The notes under the pieces: model-generated | Told to the model about the DNA's origin: nothing | The model's database searches: none | What the model saw: the letters and a program-made list of their open reading frames with translations, nothing else | Translations under genes and position numbers: made by a program | Shown here: one piece after another, positions 51,745 to 64,000 of the stretch | How the letters are laid out: each line of letters opens with the position of its first letter | How positions within the stretch are numbered: the first letter of the stretch is position 1 | NCBI GenBank assembly: GCA_964016885.1 | Contig: OZ024745.1 | Span: 16,740,001-16,804,000 of the forward strand | Direction of reading: 5' to 3' | Source: Eledone cirrhosa | Taxonomy: Eukaryota | DNA: 64,000 nt

Positions 51745-54700
51745 GACTAGTAACCGCTGTTACTAGCCTTGAAAAACGAAAAACATAAAGGAAAAAAAAC
51801 AAACAAAAACTAAGTCAGAATTTCAAATATCACAATGAAACTTATGTTTATATTTTAAAGTTTTTATCTATTTATTTATTTATTTATGTTCGTCTACAGC
51901 GTGATGGTGCCACGCTAAAATCACCGGGGGTGATGAAATCACTGAGGGTGATGACATCACCGGTGGTTATGTAACCATACATTCACCAATCCTCGATATT
52001 AGTGTTTAAATGTCGAACCAAAACAGTTCGTATAACGGTGAAGAGGAGACTGGAACGTCATGTGAAAGACTCTCACCCAGCAAGTGCTCCCTGGCCCAGC
52101 AGCAGGGACCTGGCTGTCATCCAAATACTGCTGGTGTTGGAGGAAGAAGAAGGAAAGGGACAAGAACCAACTGAACGAAAGAATTTAATAGAACACCCAT
52201 GGAATGTTACCTGAAGAGTAACCCCAAGGAAAAAGGCTATAGGAAACGGATGCATAACATCTGGAACGAGATTTGGACTATTTAAATTAGATGAACAAAG
52301 ATTGGCCGGGCAGGCTCGGGTAATAAGAACTAATGGATGGATAAGCGAGTTGGAGATGGAGGAACTGAGCAGAGAGATTAGGTCAGAAATAGAGAGTGGA
52401 GTATGCCAGACAAACGAGCCAGTGGGAAATGAAGGTGAAGAGGTTGAGAGAACGGAGGAACCATCCGAAGCAGACAATGAGTCTGAATGCTGAAATAAAT
52501 AACATCTGGAACAAAGATACGGCCATTGAGGAAATGAATGGTGACGGGCTAGGACAAGATTTGGTTGATATCCTGAACTTAGTGGTAGATGAAATGTACA
52601 ATGATAGTGGGAAACCTAGCATTAAAAGAAACAACAAGGTAAACAAAGTCACCCCATACCTTGAGGCGAGGAACCTTCACCAGTGCAACAATATCCTCAA
52701 AGCAACAGCAAATGCGGTGAGGAAATTACTTGGCATAAAAGCGAGAGGAAACAACAAACAAGAAAGATCAGAACCTTGGTGGAAGAAACGACTGAACGGT
52801 CAAATCAAGGAAATGAGAAATGACATTGGAAAGCTTAGGTCCCTACTGAATGGGACACTACAAAACATAGACACTAAAAATAGACTGGAAATAAAGTACA
52901 AATCTAGGAGGAAAAAGCTAAATATTATCATAGAGGAACTGAAGCAACGCATTGTAGCAAAAAGTGAAAAGATTAGGCGGTATAAGAGCAGAGTTAGTCA
53001 GTATAGACAGAACCGCATGTTTGACGACAGCCAGAAGATGTTACTTGGACAGCTTGAAGGGAAAGAAAGAGGCAACGACTTGATCCCTGAGGCGGAACAG
53101 ACTAAGACATTCTGGAGAGGAATATGGGAGCAGGATATTGAACATAATGATCAGGCAGTGTGGATTGTGACAGTACAAAAGGAGATTAGTGAACAAGCAC
53201 ACCAAGAAACTGATTTGATTATCACAGTTGAAACTCTTAAAGGGCAGGACAGAAAACTAAACAACTAGAAATCACCAGGCCCAGCTGGTGTGCAGGGGTA
53301 TTGGATTAAATATATAACATCCCTCCACCAGAAACTGACAACCATGTTCAGTGACTGCTTGATGTCGGGTGAGGTACCAGAGTGGTTGACAAAAGGTAAC
53401 ACAGTTCTGGTAATGAAAGACCGAACCAAGAATAATGATGTTACCAACTATAGACCTATCACATGTCTGTCCATAATGTGGAAACTGTTAACAAGCATTG
53501 TGTCTGAGGAAATCTACCATGACCTCCACGTAAACAACTTGTTACCGAATGAAGAGAAAGGATGCCGAAAGAAGTCCCGTGGTACAAAAGACCAGTTACT
53601 TATTGATAAGATGGTAATGAGGAATTGCAAGAGGAGACACACTGGTCTTGCCATGGGATGGATAGACTACAAAAAGGCATTTGACATGGTTCCTCATTCT
53701 TGGATAACCAAAATCCTAGAGATTTTCTGGGTGGCAGATAACATAAGACAGTTGTTGAGAAAAAGTATGAAGTCATGGAAAACAGAGTTAACATCAGCTG
53801 GAGAATCCTTGGGAGGCGTGAGGATCAAGAGAGGTATCTTCCAGGGAGATAGTCTGTCCCCTCTGTTGTTTGTACTTGCCCTGATACCCCCTGACTATTA
53901 TACTGCGAAAATTGAGAGCAGGATACAAGTTGGGAAAGGGAGAGCTTACCATCAACCACCTCATCTTCATGGACGATCTTAAACAATTTGGGTAGATTGA
54001 GAAGGAGTTGGATGTACTTGTTGACACTGTCCGTATTTTCAGCAATGAAATATGTATGCAATTTGGTATTAGTAAGTGTGGAGTCCTTGTGATGAAGAGG
54101 GGTAAATTGAGCAGAAACAACGGAATCCAGGTACCAACAGGTGAGATGATAAAGGAAATTGACACTGAAGAAGGATACACATATTAAGGTATTCTGGAGG
54201 CAGATGATATCAAGAACAAAGAAATGAAGGAATTGATAAGATCTGAGTACATTAGGGGAGTAAGGAGCGTATTAAAATCACATCTGAACAGTAGGAATGT
54301 CATAAGTGCAGTGAATTCCCGAGTTGTGTCTATTATTAGGTACAGTGCGGGAATTCTGAGATGGAATGTTGCTGAACAAAAAGAAATGGATAGGAAGAGA
54401 GGAAGCTATTGATTATCTACAATATGTTCCACAAGAGGAGTGATGTCGATAGTCTCTACTTAAAGAGATCTGAAGGTGGAAGAGGTCTTATCAGCATAGA
54501 GGACTGTGTTCAGATGGAGAAAAACAACCTACACAAATACGTGACTGACAGTAGGGAGCTAATGCTCAAAAATGTACTGAAGGAGAAGACAATAGATAAG
54601 GGGATGTCCAAGGAGGAAATAACAACAAAGAGGTAGAGGAGCCTTCATGAAAAATCCCTTCATATTACCTTCTTTAAGAAAACTGAATTTAGAGATCCAC

Positions 54701-55340
54701 AGACATGGAACTGGTTAAAAAGAGGAGACCTTAAAAAGGCTACAGAAGGAATGCTTATGGCTGCGCAAGAGCAGGCCTTCAGATCGAAGTGGGTGAAACA
54801 CCATATTTACAAGGAGGAGGCTAGCCCACTGTGTAGGATCTGTGGAGAAGGAGAGTAGACTGTGGCTCATATTGTATCCGAGTGTAAACATCTATCCCAG
54901 ACTCACTATAAAGGCTGGTGACATGATATGATGGGCAGGGTGATCCACTGGCACCTATGCAAAGTAAACTATTTACCACATTCTGAGAAGTGGTATGAGC
55001 ATATGTCAGAGTCAGAGAGAGAGAAAATTAACCGATACCAAGACTTAAAGTGGGAGTTAAAAAGGATTTGGAACTGCCATGAAGTCAAGGTCATCCCGAT
55101 TGTCATAGGCGCACTAGGTACTATCTCAAAGAGTTTTCAAGTATGGTTAAAGAAGATTAGTCCAGCCTTGCTTTTTGGAACACTTCAAAAGGCATGCTTG
55201 CTGGGAATAGCAAGAACCCTCGGATACTTCCTGAATATCTGAGGCTGCAGGTAGCGGCGTGATATTCATTTCAACACACTTTCCAGTTAAATAACATCAA
55301 TGACGGAGACTCAAAGAATAAAAATAATAATAATACTAAT
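51643..55340 (+). mobile_element. R4/Dong family B, most decayed long copy; RLE catalytic segment deleted near 55010
   Basis: Colinear; jumps from WYEHMSES to EREKINRY, losing the RPD...D motif. Confidence 0.9.
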
Positions 55341-56682
55341 AGTGAAATCAAAAGAATCGACACCAAAGTCGGTAAGCTACTGGCCTGTAATATGATGCAC
55401 CACCCAAAAACAGCTGTGGATCGTCTTTACCTTCCTAGAACTCAAGGAGGCCGTGGCCTGATCCAATTTGAACTTGCTTACATAACCACTATCTTTGGAC
55501 TGGCAAAATACCTTGAAACAACTAACGACTGTATGCTGAAACTTGTTGAAAAGCATGAGAGAAGTAAGAAGATAGTTCTATCTTGAAGGAGAGCAAAAAA
55601 TATGCTACCGATCTCATGCTTGATACCCAGGCTGCACACTAAAGAAACTGTTGCAACTGATGCTGCTAGGCACATAAAATCACTGGCAAAAGTAAAAGGA
55701 CAAGGACAATTAGCATCAAATTGGGAGCAGAAACATCTGCCTGGCAAATATGTGGCCCGTAGCAAACAAGCTGATGTTGACCAAAACACACCCATCAGTG
55801 GCTACAGAGTTCAGAGCTAAAGGCGGAGAGTGAAGGCTTCATCTTAGCTGCCCAAGATCAAAGCTTATTGACTCGTAATTACCAGGCCAATGTGATAAGA
55901 AACGGAATAAAGCCAAAGTGCCGATTCTGCAATACTTGTGATGAAACAGTGGATCACTTAGTCTCTGGATGTAAAGTTTTAGCACCAGTAGAATAAAATA
56001 TATACATGACAGAGTTGGCCAATATCTACTCTGTCCGCATTACAAAATCAAAGCTGAAGAAACGTGGTACAAGCATCACGCTGAGGTTGAAACTGAAGGG
56101 GAAAAAGTAACAATTCTCTGGGACTTTCCTGTACATACTGACAGGACCATAAAAGCAAATATACCTGACATCATTATAAAATATCAACATAACAAGGTCT
56201 GTTTTGATAGATCTGAGCATCCCATGTGATCACAATATCGCGGCAAAAGAATTTGACAAGCTACGAAAATATAAAGATCTGCTTATTGAAATTGAGAAAA
56301 TGTGGCACCTCAAGGCCGTTACAATACCAGTGATTGTGGGAGGACTGGGAACGATCAAGTAAGGAACAAAACAATACTTGCGAATGATCCCTGGTTTACC
56401 CTCTCGGCACGAGGTGCAAAAAATTATTTTGACTGGTACTGCACACGTATTGAGAAGAGCACTATCACCGTAAGATTGATATCCCTCCTTGTATTTACAT
56501 ATGCATATGCACATGTGTATATATTTACACTGTCTTCTTTTTTTTTTTAAATTATAATCAATGTGCTGTATTAACTGGCTTACCAATGCACACTGTGAAT
56601 TTCTTTGCCCTAGGTGTCAGGAAGAGACTCGGCATATATCTCCGAAACAATAATGAAAGAACATAATAATAATAATAATAAT
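55341..56682 (+). mobile_element. R4/Dong family C, 5'-truncated and decayed (ORF end 56473)
   Basis: MHHPKTAVDRLYLPRTQGGRGL, EGFILAAQDQ, CRFC...ETVDHLVSGC, KLRKYKDL, IPVIVG; (AAT)n tail. Confidence 0.85.
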
Positions 56683-57048
56683 TGTTTCTACTTTAGGCAC
56701 AAGGCCAGCAATTACCCAGTGCATTACTGGTACCTTATTTTATCGACCCCGTAAGGATGAAAGACAAAGTCAACCTTGGCGGGAATTGAACTCGGATCGT
56801 AAAGAGACGTAAATATGTTGGAAAGCATGGCGTCCGACCCTCTACTGATAATAATAATAATTGTTTCTACTTTTGGCACAAGGCCAGCAATTATCGCAGT
56901 GTATTACGGGTACTTTATGTTATCGACCCTGTAAGGATGAAAGGCAAAGTTTACCTCGGCGGGATTTGAACTCAGACCATAAAGGGCCGTAACTCTTTGC
57001 TGCAAAGCATGGCGTCCGACCATCTACCGATACTGTCAATTCACGGCT
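56665..57048 (-). mobile_element. Two tandem SINE copies inserted in the (AAT)n tail of Dong C
   Basis: Two consecutive AATAATTGTTTCTAC...GATACTG units. Confidence 0.9.
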
Positions 57049-58308
57049 AATAATAACAATAACATATACAGGTCAATTCTCATATTGATCATATTAACGT
57101 AAATATTTGGTGACGACGCTAGGAAAAAACATTAAAACAAAAACAATATATACACATACAGTTTAACAAGTAAGGTTTTCAAACAGAGGTGCGTGTGTGT
57201 GTGTGTGTGGGGGGGGGGGGTGCACCGTCGGCTAATCAGTGAAAAACAACACATTACACATCACCATCAAACGTTTCAAAAGCTTCCTTTGCCATTCTTC
57301 CGTCGTGTTTATACTCACGTGATAAGAATAAATAAGCAAATTTCCAGAACTCCTGCAGCACCTGATAGAATTGTGTAGGTATTCTTTCGAAATCTCTGTT
57401 ATCTGAGGTAAAATCGTACCGAGATTAACTTTGTTTTTCATTCTTTTAGGGTCGATAAATAAAGTACCGCTCCAGTATTCAGGTTAGTAATCATCTCTCG
57501 CTTTGTTTGTTTCTCTATCTCCATCTCTCATTTATTACTCTCTCTCTCTCTCTCTCTCTGTTCTTGTGAAACCTGGAAAGAGATGAGAGCTCTCTATGGT
57601 TTCTTTTTCTTATGGTCCTTGAATAGTCGTTGAGTTCCCAGTGCAATTAGTCGCAAACATTACCCATCTATGTTGTTTTGCCACAACTTACCCTATCCTT
57701 TCTAAAGGAAGCAAGTGAATCGATTTAATCTTACAAGTGAGAGCAGCTGCTCGGCTCAAACCTTCAAGTCAACTATGTACGGACACTGAATGAATATATG
57801 CCAGATAGATTTCCTGCTCCACATGAATTTCGATCAATTACACCTAGTCGTCCTTCTGTGTGTGTAGAGATTGCTTTAAACAACAATTTTCATTGTAACA
57901 GCCTACGAAAGGATTTGTTTTATGTGATTATCTCACAAACTGTAGAATAAAAAGTAAAAAAAAAAAATGAGATACTGAATAATGATTTGTTGAATACATA
58001 AATATTTCAAGATAGATATAGCTGGAATAGTCATTTAGTAAACTAGTAATTGGTATGGGTTAAACAGCCTATATCATTTTCGGAATCGGGAAAGTCAATT
58101 TCAACGCTTTATGATCTACTGTCAATTCTTCCTCTCTTCTGATATATTGGTGATATACAAAAGTTATGAATCACAGTAAGTTTCTAATTAAAACCAGGGG
58201 AATGTCAGATACACGAATGGATTATTGAAAATATCATTCCCTATTAATAGCAGGAATATTCTAGTGTCTTTATGTACGTGTAAGTAGTGATAAATTACAT
58301 TGTATACA

Positions 58309-58503
58309 ATAATTATTTCTACTTTTGGTACAAGGCCAGCAATTTACCCCAGTGTATTACTGGTACTTTATTTTATCGACCCCATAAGGATGAACGGCAA
58401 AGTTAACCTCGGCGGGATTTGAACTCAGAATGGCAAGGGCCGTAACTCTATGCATCAAAGCATGGCGTCCGACCCTCTACCGATACTGCCAATTCACAGC
58501 CCT
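58309..58503 (-). mobile_element. SINE, full length, with target duplication
   Basis: Direct repeat TTGTATACAAT at 58300 and 58504. Confidence 0.9.
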
Positions 58504-58889
58504 TTGTATACAATGACATTGCAGTATATCCTCTTATATTTAATATTGTTATGGCTGAGTGGTTAAGATGTTCCCATAGAAATGATATAGGCAAATTTAT
58601 GAAAAGAATACCAGAAACGTTTCGATTCAGAAATATAATTTTAGCTTACTTTCGAAGTCTCAGAAGGACACAGTAATTTTTAAGATTACATGAAAATTGT
58701 GTTGTATTTGGAGATAGATGTTTTACAAACAAAATACTAGAATACTACAAGCTCATAAGTATTTATTGAACATTTATGGACAATAATATAGGAGGTCTCT
58801 TTCTTTTGAAAAATGTGTATTAGGTTTTGTAATAATATTTCTTACGTGATGTAAGCCACTATTGGATAGGAGTATATGTTAGAGAGCAA

Positions 58890-59120
58890 AAAGAAGGTAT
58901 TTTGCATGACAAAAGCGTATCAGCAACCTTGGCCAGGTATTAGAGATGTAGCTTGGTAGTACTTTCATGTAATGTACAAGGCAGATATCTAAAAATCATC
59001 GAAAGAAGTAGTGGACTTCAATAATATGGAATAGTTACAAAAAAGGATCAGTTGACAAGATCGAAAATGAAATCAATAATGGGAATGATAGAAACATATC
59101 CAACGACGCTGGGACTCTAA
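58890..59120 (+). pseudogene. Possible very old RT C-terminal fragment (RTE-like)
   Basis: Purine-rich; residual (Y)LGST...DKIENE-like words; weak. Confidence 0.25.
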
Positions 59121-61259
59121 AAGTTAATACGATGAAATATTATTTGTAATAGTGTCTAGAGATTTATCACCAGTTCAATTATCAACAGTATTCGAATACA
59201 AAACTGAATCTTTTATTGATCGTGCTGGAACCGCCATCTACTCTATTTCTTTCTCACCTACTCTAGCCAGTTATTCATTATCTTTCTACAAGAATAGAGA
59301 GGTGAAGTTGCTTCTAGCTTCTTAGTAATCGTAACGTGCCGGAAATTTAATCTAAGAGTGGAGCACTTAGCGACTGAAGCTTAACTTTCACAAGCTAAAA
59401 TGTATACATTGTTTGCTGAGTCAGAAAATATCTGTTCATTCTATAAGTTACCCCACAGGAAAAAGGAAAAAATATCGATTGAGACATGAAGAGTGGTGAA
59501 TAAATTAAACAACAATTATTAAACCCATTCTGTATATTAAAAGAATGGAAGCTTTTGTAAGGTATATTATAAATTGAAAACTACGAACGTAGAAAAAATT
59601 ACCGAACCCTTTCCCCTACAAATATAGTTACAAAATCAGTATGAACTCCGGTTACTAAATAGTTTCATATTACGATAAATGATATAAACGTTCGGCGAAA
59701 TTATAATTTAGCAATATGCGTATTTACGTTTCTCAGATTTTAATCTACATTTCCCTGTCATGTGACCAGTAGGCCTTTTGGTTCTATTGATTATAGAGTC
59801 ACCCAAGTAATATAGATATTGCCCATGAAGAAAGTGAAGAAATAAAGGCTAGAGCTGAATTGTGTGAAATTAGTAGAATCTTTAAATGAGGGGAAGGTAT
59901 TTGAGAGAACGGTAAAATCTAACATTATATCTGGTTACATGCATTATTTACTATTTTTAGTATTTATTTTGTTGTTTTCATGAAAAAAGAGAAACTTACC
60001 AGTACAGACCAGCAGAAAGTCTGTTTGTAAAAGTGTGTTGTCAAACATGATTACTATCTTGTACATTAAACTTTCGTGGTGTCGGTAACCATATTCCTCA
60101 TGGATCTCTAACAATCTTCATAAATAATTGATTCTTATTCACCGATAATTATCTTTGAATAATGCCAACCACATCAAAACTTCAGGTTTGACAAGATAAT
60201 GTGTTTACCATCACACGATTACTCAAACACACATAGACACAAAGGCATACTCAAAATAACATCTCCCTCTCTCTCTCTCTCTCTCTCTCTCCTTATTTAC
60301 ATATATATCTGGTGTTGGTGATGATGATGACGATGATAGCGACATCTTCACATATTTCAGAACTTATTAATTCATGTAAAAAAAACAAGGTACAGAGGAC
60401 ATCTTTGCCTTCAGATTTTAAATCCCGCTGTGGCTTAATCCCTCTCCCGCTGAAATGCCATTTGCTAACCATCTGTTTCAAGCATTTAGGGCAGGTTTTC
60501 TGTTTGAGGAAACCTACCTCTCTATCAGTTGTTCTAGTGGGCCATGAAAATAGTTACATGCACATCCCTACCCTTTTAAATAAACATTAAAAATATGAAC
60601 ACCAGCCTTTGCATAGATAATTTACAATATTGAGATTAATGATACTCATGCTTGCTACGAGGTTCTAAAATTTACAGATTTTCCAATACGGGATTTTTCC
60701 CAGGCACTTGATGCTGATAAAACTATTTTTGTCGTATTTCATACAATGTAAACCTATTGTTTCTACGTAACGTATTGCGATATGGTTTAACCTGTTGGAC
60801 TTGTGGCAATCAGATAATCCTTTATTATATTTATTCAATGCCTATTAAATGCAAGAACAATCAGTTGAAATCATCATCATCTCCATAACTTTTTTTCTCA
60901 CGCGCGTTTGTATGGAAGTATAGTCTGAGAGATGAGAGCCGGTACAAACATGCGCAACGATTACAACAGATACATTTATGCCAATTTAAAAGTCATATAT
61001 TATATAAAATTATATTCAGATTTCACTATACTTTCACGTGATTAACGTGTTTATAAGCTGGCATAATCTGAACCCTAGGACACTGGGTTCGTGTTTTACA
61101 GTAATGTGTTAAATATCACGGATTATCTTTAGATGTTTACTAAAGAGAAAATGAATGATGAGATACTGGGTTCATTCGTTTAGATTATCCGAAGTGTTTT
61201 GTTTATGAAATAATGTACATGGATGCATTTAATATTCTTACATACACATTTGAAAGTCA

Positions 61260-61305
<46 letters not shown>

Positions 61306-62319
61306 GATTAATTTCCCCTCTTGCTTAATACCACTTCATCAAACCTCGCGAGAGGACATAAATATATTCCGCAAACTCCAGTCGGGTCCCGCTACCTCTT
61401 CTTATCGGACCCCCATTATTTGCGCATCTTTGGGATATCCGGCTTGGTAACCAGTCACCGGTCGCTCGACATTTCCGCGATGCCTACCGGTCTAACATTT
61501 CACTTCTTCTTCGTAGGAGGATGAGGAGGATAATCCTAGACAGATTTCTCAACAGAAACCGTCTCCTAATGATTAGTTTGAATTTCCTATGTGAGGAATG
61601 CAGTTGAAATTATCGATGCTGTCCAGTCTGAGCTCTACATCTGGGTCAGTTGCAAGTTGGTGTGGCAGGTAAAATCTGTTATAACATCGTATGTTAATTA
61701 GATTCACTTATAGCTACTTTCAATGTATTTTACAAGTCATTTCTTCTTCTTCTTCTTCTTCTTCTTCTCGTCATTTATTGGAACCTTTACACCAGCTATA
61801 ATGCAATATGCCGTTGAATCAGCGCTGTTATTACAATAATGATTATCGAAAATATGAAATTATGTTCCCGACAAATTGATTTACCCGTCGCATTGCTATA
61901 TGTAATTCGTGTGTAATTTTGTTTATTATGCAATCGTAGCGATAGAAATCGTATACACATATATATCCATTATCCATTATATATGCAGATGTCTAATGAA
62001 TATATAAACACACATGTACAATATATAAACTCACATATGCTGTATATATGCAGACAGATCTGCTACACAATAGATATGTGTAGATAACAATAATATGTAC
62101 ACGGATTATATGCATATATCTGCAGTATATGCAGGTAGCAGTTAATAAATACACTGGTTATTAATGGTATTATTCCGTAATACCTGATAGAGTCCTATGT
62201 GGTATATGGAGTTGTTTCTTAGGCAATTCTAAATTCTCCGGAGCTGATTTCCTCCAGCAGATTTCTTCCAGAGAAGGATAGCAACGAAGAACGAAGTATA
62301 GAGGAAAAATCCACCGCAG

Positions 62320-62410
62320 TACTAGACTGGTAATTTTGTATCGAATTCGAAAAGATGAAAGGCAAAGTTGAGCCTGGCAGAATTTGAACTCACACACGCA
62401 GATGCTTCTA
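62320..62410 (-). mobile_element. SINE fragment
   Basis: GATGAAAGGCAAAGTTGAGCCTGGCAGAATTTGAACTCA. Confidence 0.65.
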
Positions 62411-62626
62411 CAATACATTATCTTAAATAAACACGCACATTCACAATGCCCTCTCCATCTCTTATAAGGACACACACACTCACACCTATATATATATATG
62501 TATGCATATATATACATATATATATATATATTCATTAGTTAAGCAAAGCAAGACCACACATTTCACAAGGAAGACATTATTAAAAGATTGTCAACATATT
62601 TTAGTTTGATGTAAGGAGTGTAGAGA

Positions 62627-62810
62627 ATAATAATAATTGTTTCTACTTTTGGCACAAGGCCAGCAATTACTGGTACTTTATTTTATCGACCCCGGAAGGA
62701 TGAAAGGCAAAGTTAACCTCGGCAGGATTTGAACTCAGAATGGCAAGGGCCGTAACTCTATGCGTCAAAGCATGGCGTCCGACCCTCTACCGATACTGCC
62801 AATCCACCCG
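62627..62810 (-). mobile_element. SINE in an AAT-rich tract
   Basis: Same family, with a small internal deletion. Confidence 0.9.
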
Positions 62811-63167
62811 TGAATAATAATAGAGAATAATAATAATAATAATAGAGAATAATGTCCGTTTACAATTGTTTCGCTACTCCATATAATATTTCTGGATCAA
62901 ATGACTATATATCATTATTGATCTGGTTCAGTTGAAAATAATTAACATAATGTAGTGTTCCATATATTGGTATTTCACTATGGTGTATTAATTTTCTGCC
63001 ATAATTAAGCAGTATTCTTCTGTCGAGGCTGCATTGTGTGAGATCTGCCTATGGGTCCACTGCATATTGCACATTGAGCACATGCCTTTACGCTTTGGCT
63101 TCTAACTAATTCACCAATCTCTCCTTTCCTATCTCCATCTCTCTCTTTAAGATTGGTTACTCTTGAA

Positions 63168-63285
<118 letters not shown>

Positions 63286-64000
63286 CTTTATTGCTTTGCA
63301 TGAGATGTTTTCTTACTAGTTATTCTTCGTTCTCAGTAACGCCTTTTAGTTGCCTAAGACAAACTAAGTAAACCATATTGTTGTCTTTGTTAGTGATTTT
63401 TTGTTTAGCCCCTGGTCAATCATGAAGCAGCAGTTCCATAATAATAGACGTCCCTGTATTTCATTCAAACGAGTATTTCTAGGATTATATTACTCGGCAC
63501 ATCCCCACTTTCGTAAAAGTCAGTTTGTGATTTAAGGAATATTTGGTTGCTATATCATACGATTCCAGTGACCAGATATAAACTCATTTGTTGGCCCAAC
63601 TAATATCACATTTGATCAGTTTTCATATCAATAAACATATCAGAGAACAATGTCAGCAGTGAAGTCAATTAAATAATAGTTAAAATTTAGCAATACACAT
63701 TGCGATACCTCAGTTCTCACTATACTCTTGACTTGCGAGGAATAGCAGCTATATCTTACATTCTTAAAAGTGAGTTAAATATGGGATAGTGCGTCGTTGG
63801 AAACTCCCTCTGTAAAAATCGACTAATAAGTAAATACAACGGGAGGATCATGTTTGGAATACCTTTCATCCTGGTTTTGTTCGTATGAACAATATATTCA
63901 TTTCTCGTCCCGGTCATTATTGGTGATATGGTCTCTAATATAATGTCGTCTTGGATGGGCAAGTTAGTCTTATGAAAAACTGCAACCATTCTTTATTTGC

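Overview
AT-rich, microsatellite-dense eukaryotic DNA. The dominant tRNA-type SINE and the (TA)n/(CA)n/(AAT)n landscape suggest a cephalopod, probably an octopod (inferred from remembered repeat families, not a search). No intact host gene is evident; the window is almost entirely retroelements. Contents: a decayed RTE LINE (3.6-6.9 kb); a 5'-truncated Penelope-like element (PLE; RT + GIY-YIG, 16.5-19.1 kb) with many PLE terminal-repeat fragments carrying type I hammerhead ribozymes (HHRs) in (TA)n; about 15 SINE copies, two mariner-type MITEs and a non-autonomous Helitron; and a 23-kb head-to-tail pile (33.7-56.7 kb) of seven R4/Dong RLE-LINE copies plus one antisense L1/Tx1-like element, joined by (AAT)n. 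The top candidate novelty is at 26621-27829: a non-coding, highly structured 466-nt unit with an intact HHR, present as two more-than-unit-length, circularly permuted arms joined head-to-head, as expected for reverse transcription around a retrozyme-like circular RNA. Two related observations: PLE fold-back junctions repeatedly fall inside HHR helices, and the L1/Tx1 element has a potential 52-nt GT-AG intron that would fuse ORF1 to ORF2 in frame. Coordinates and pairings were read by eye; family assignments rest on remembered motifs.
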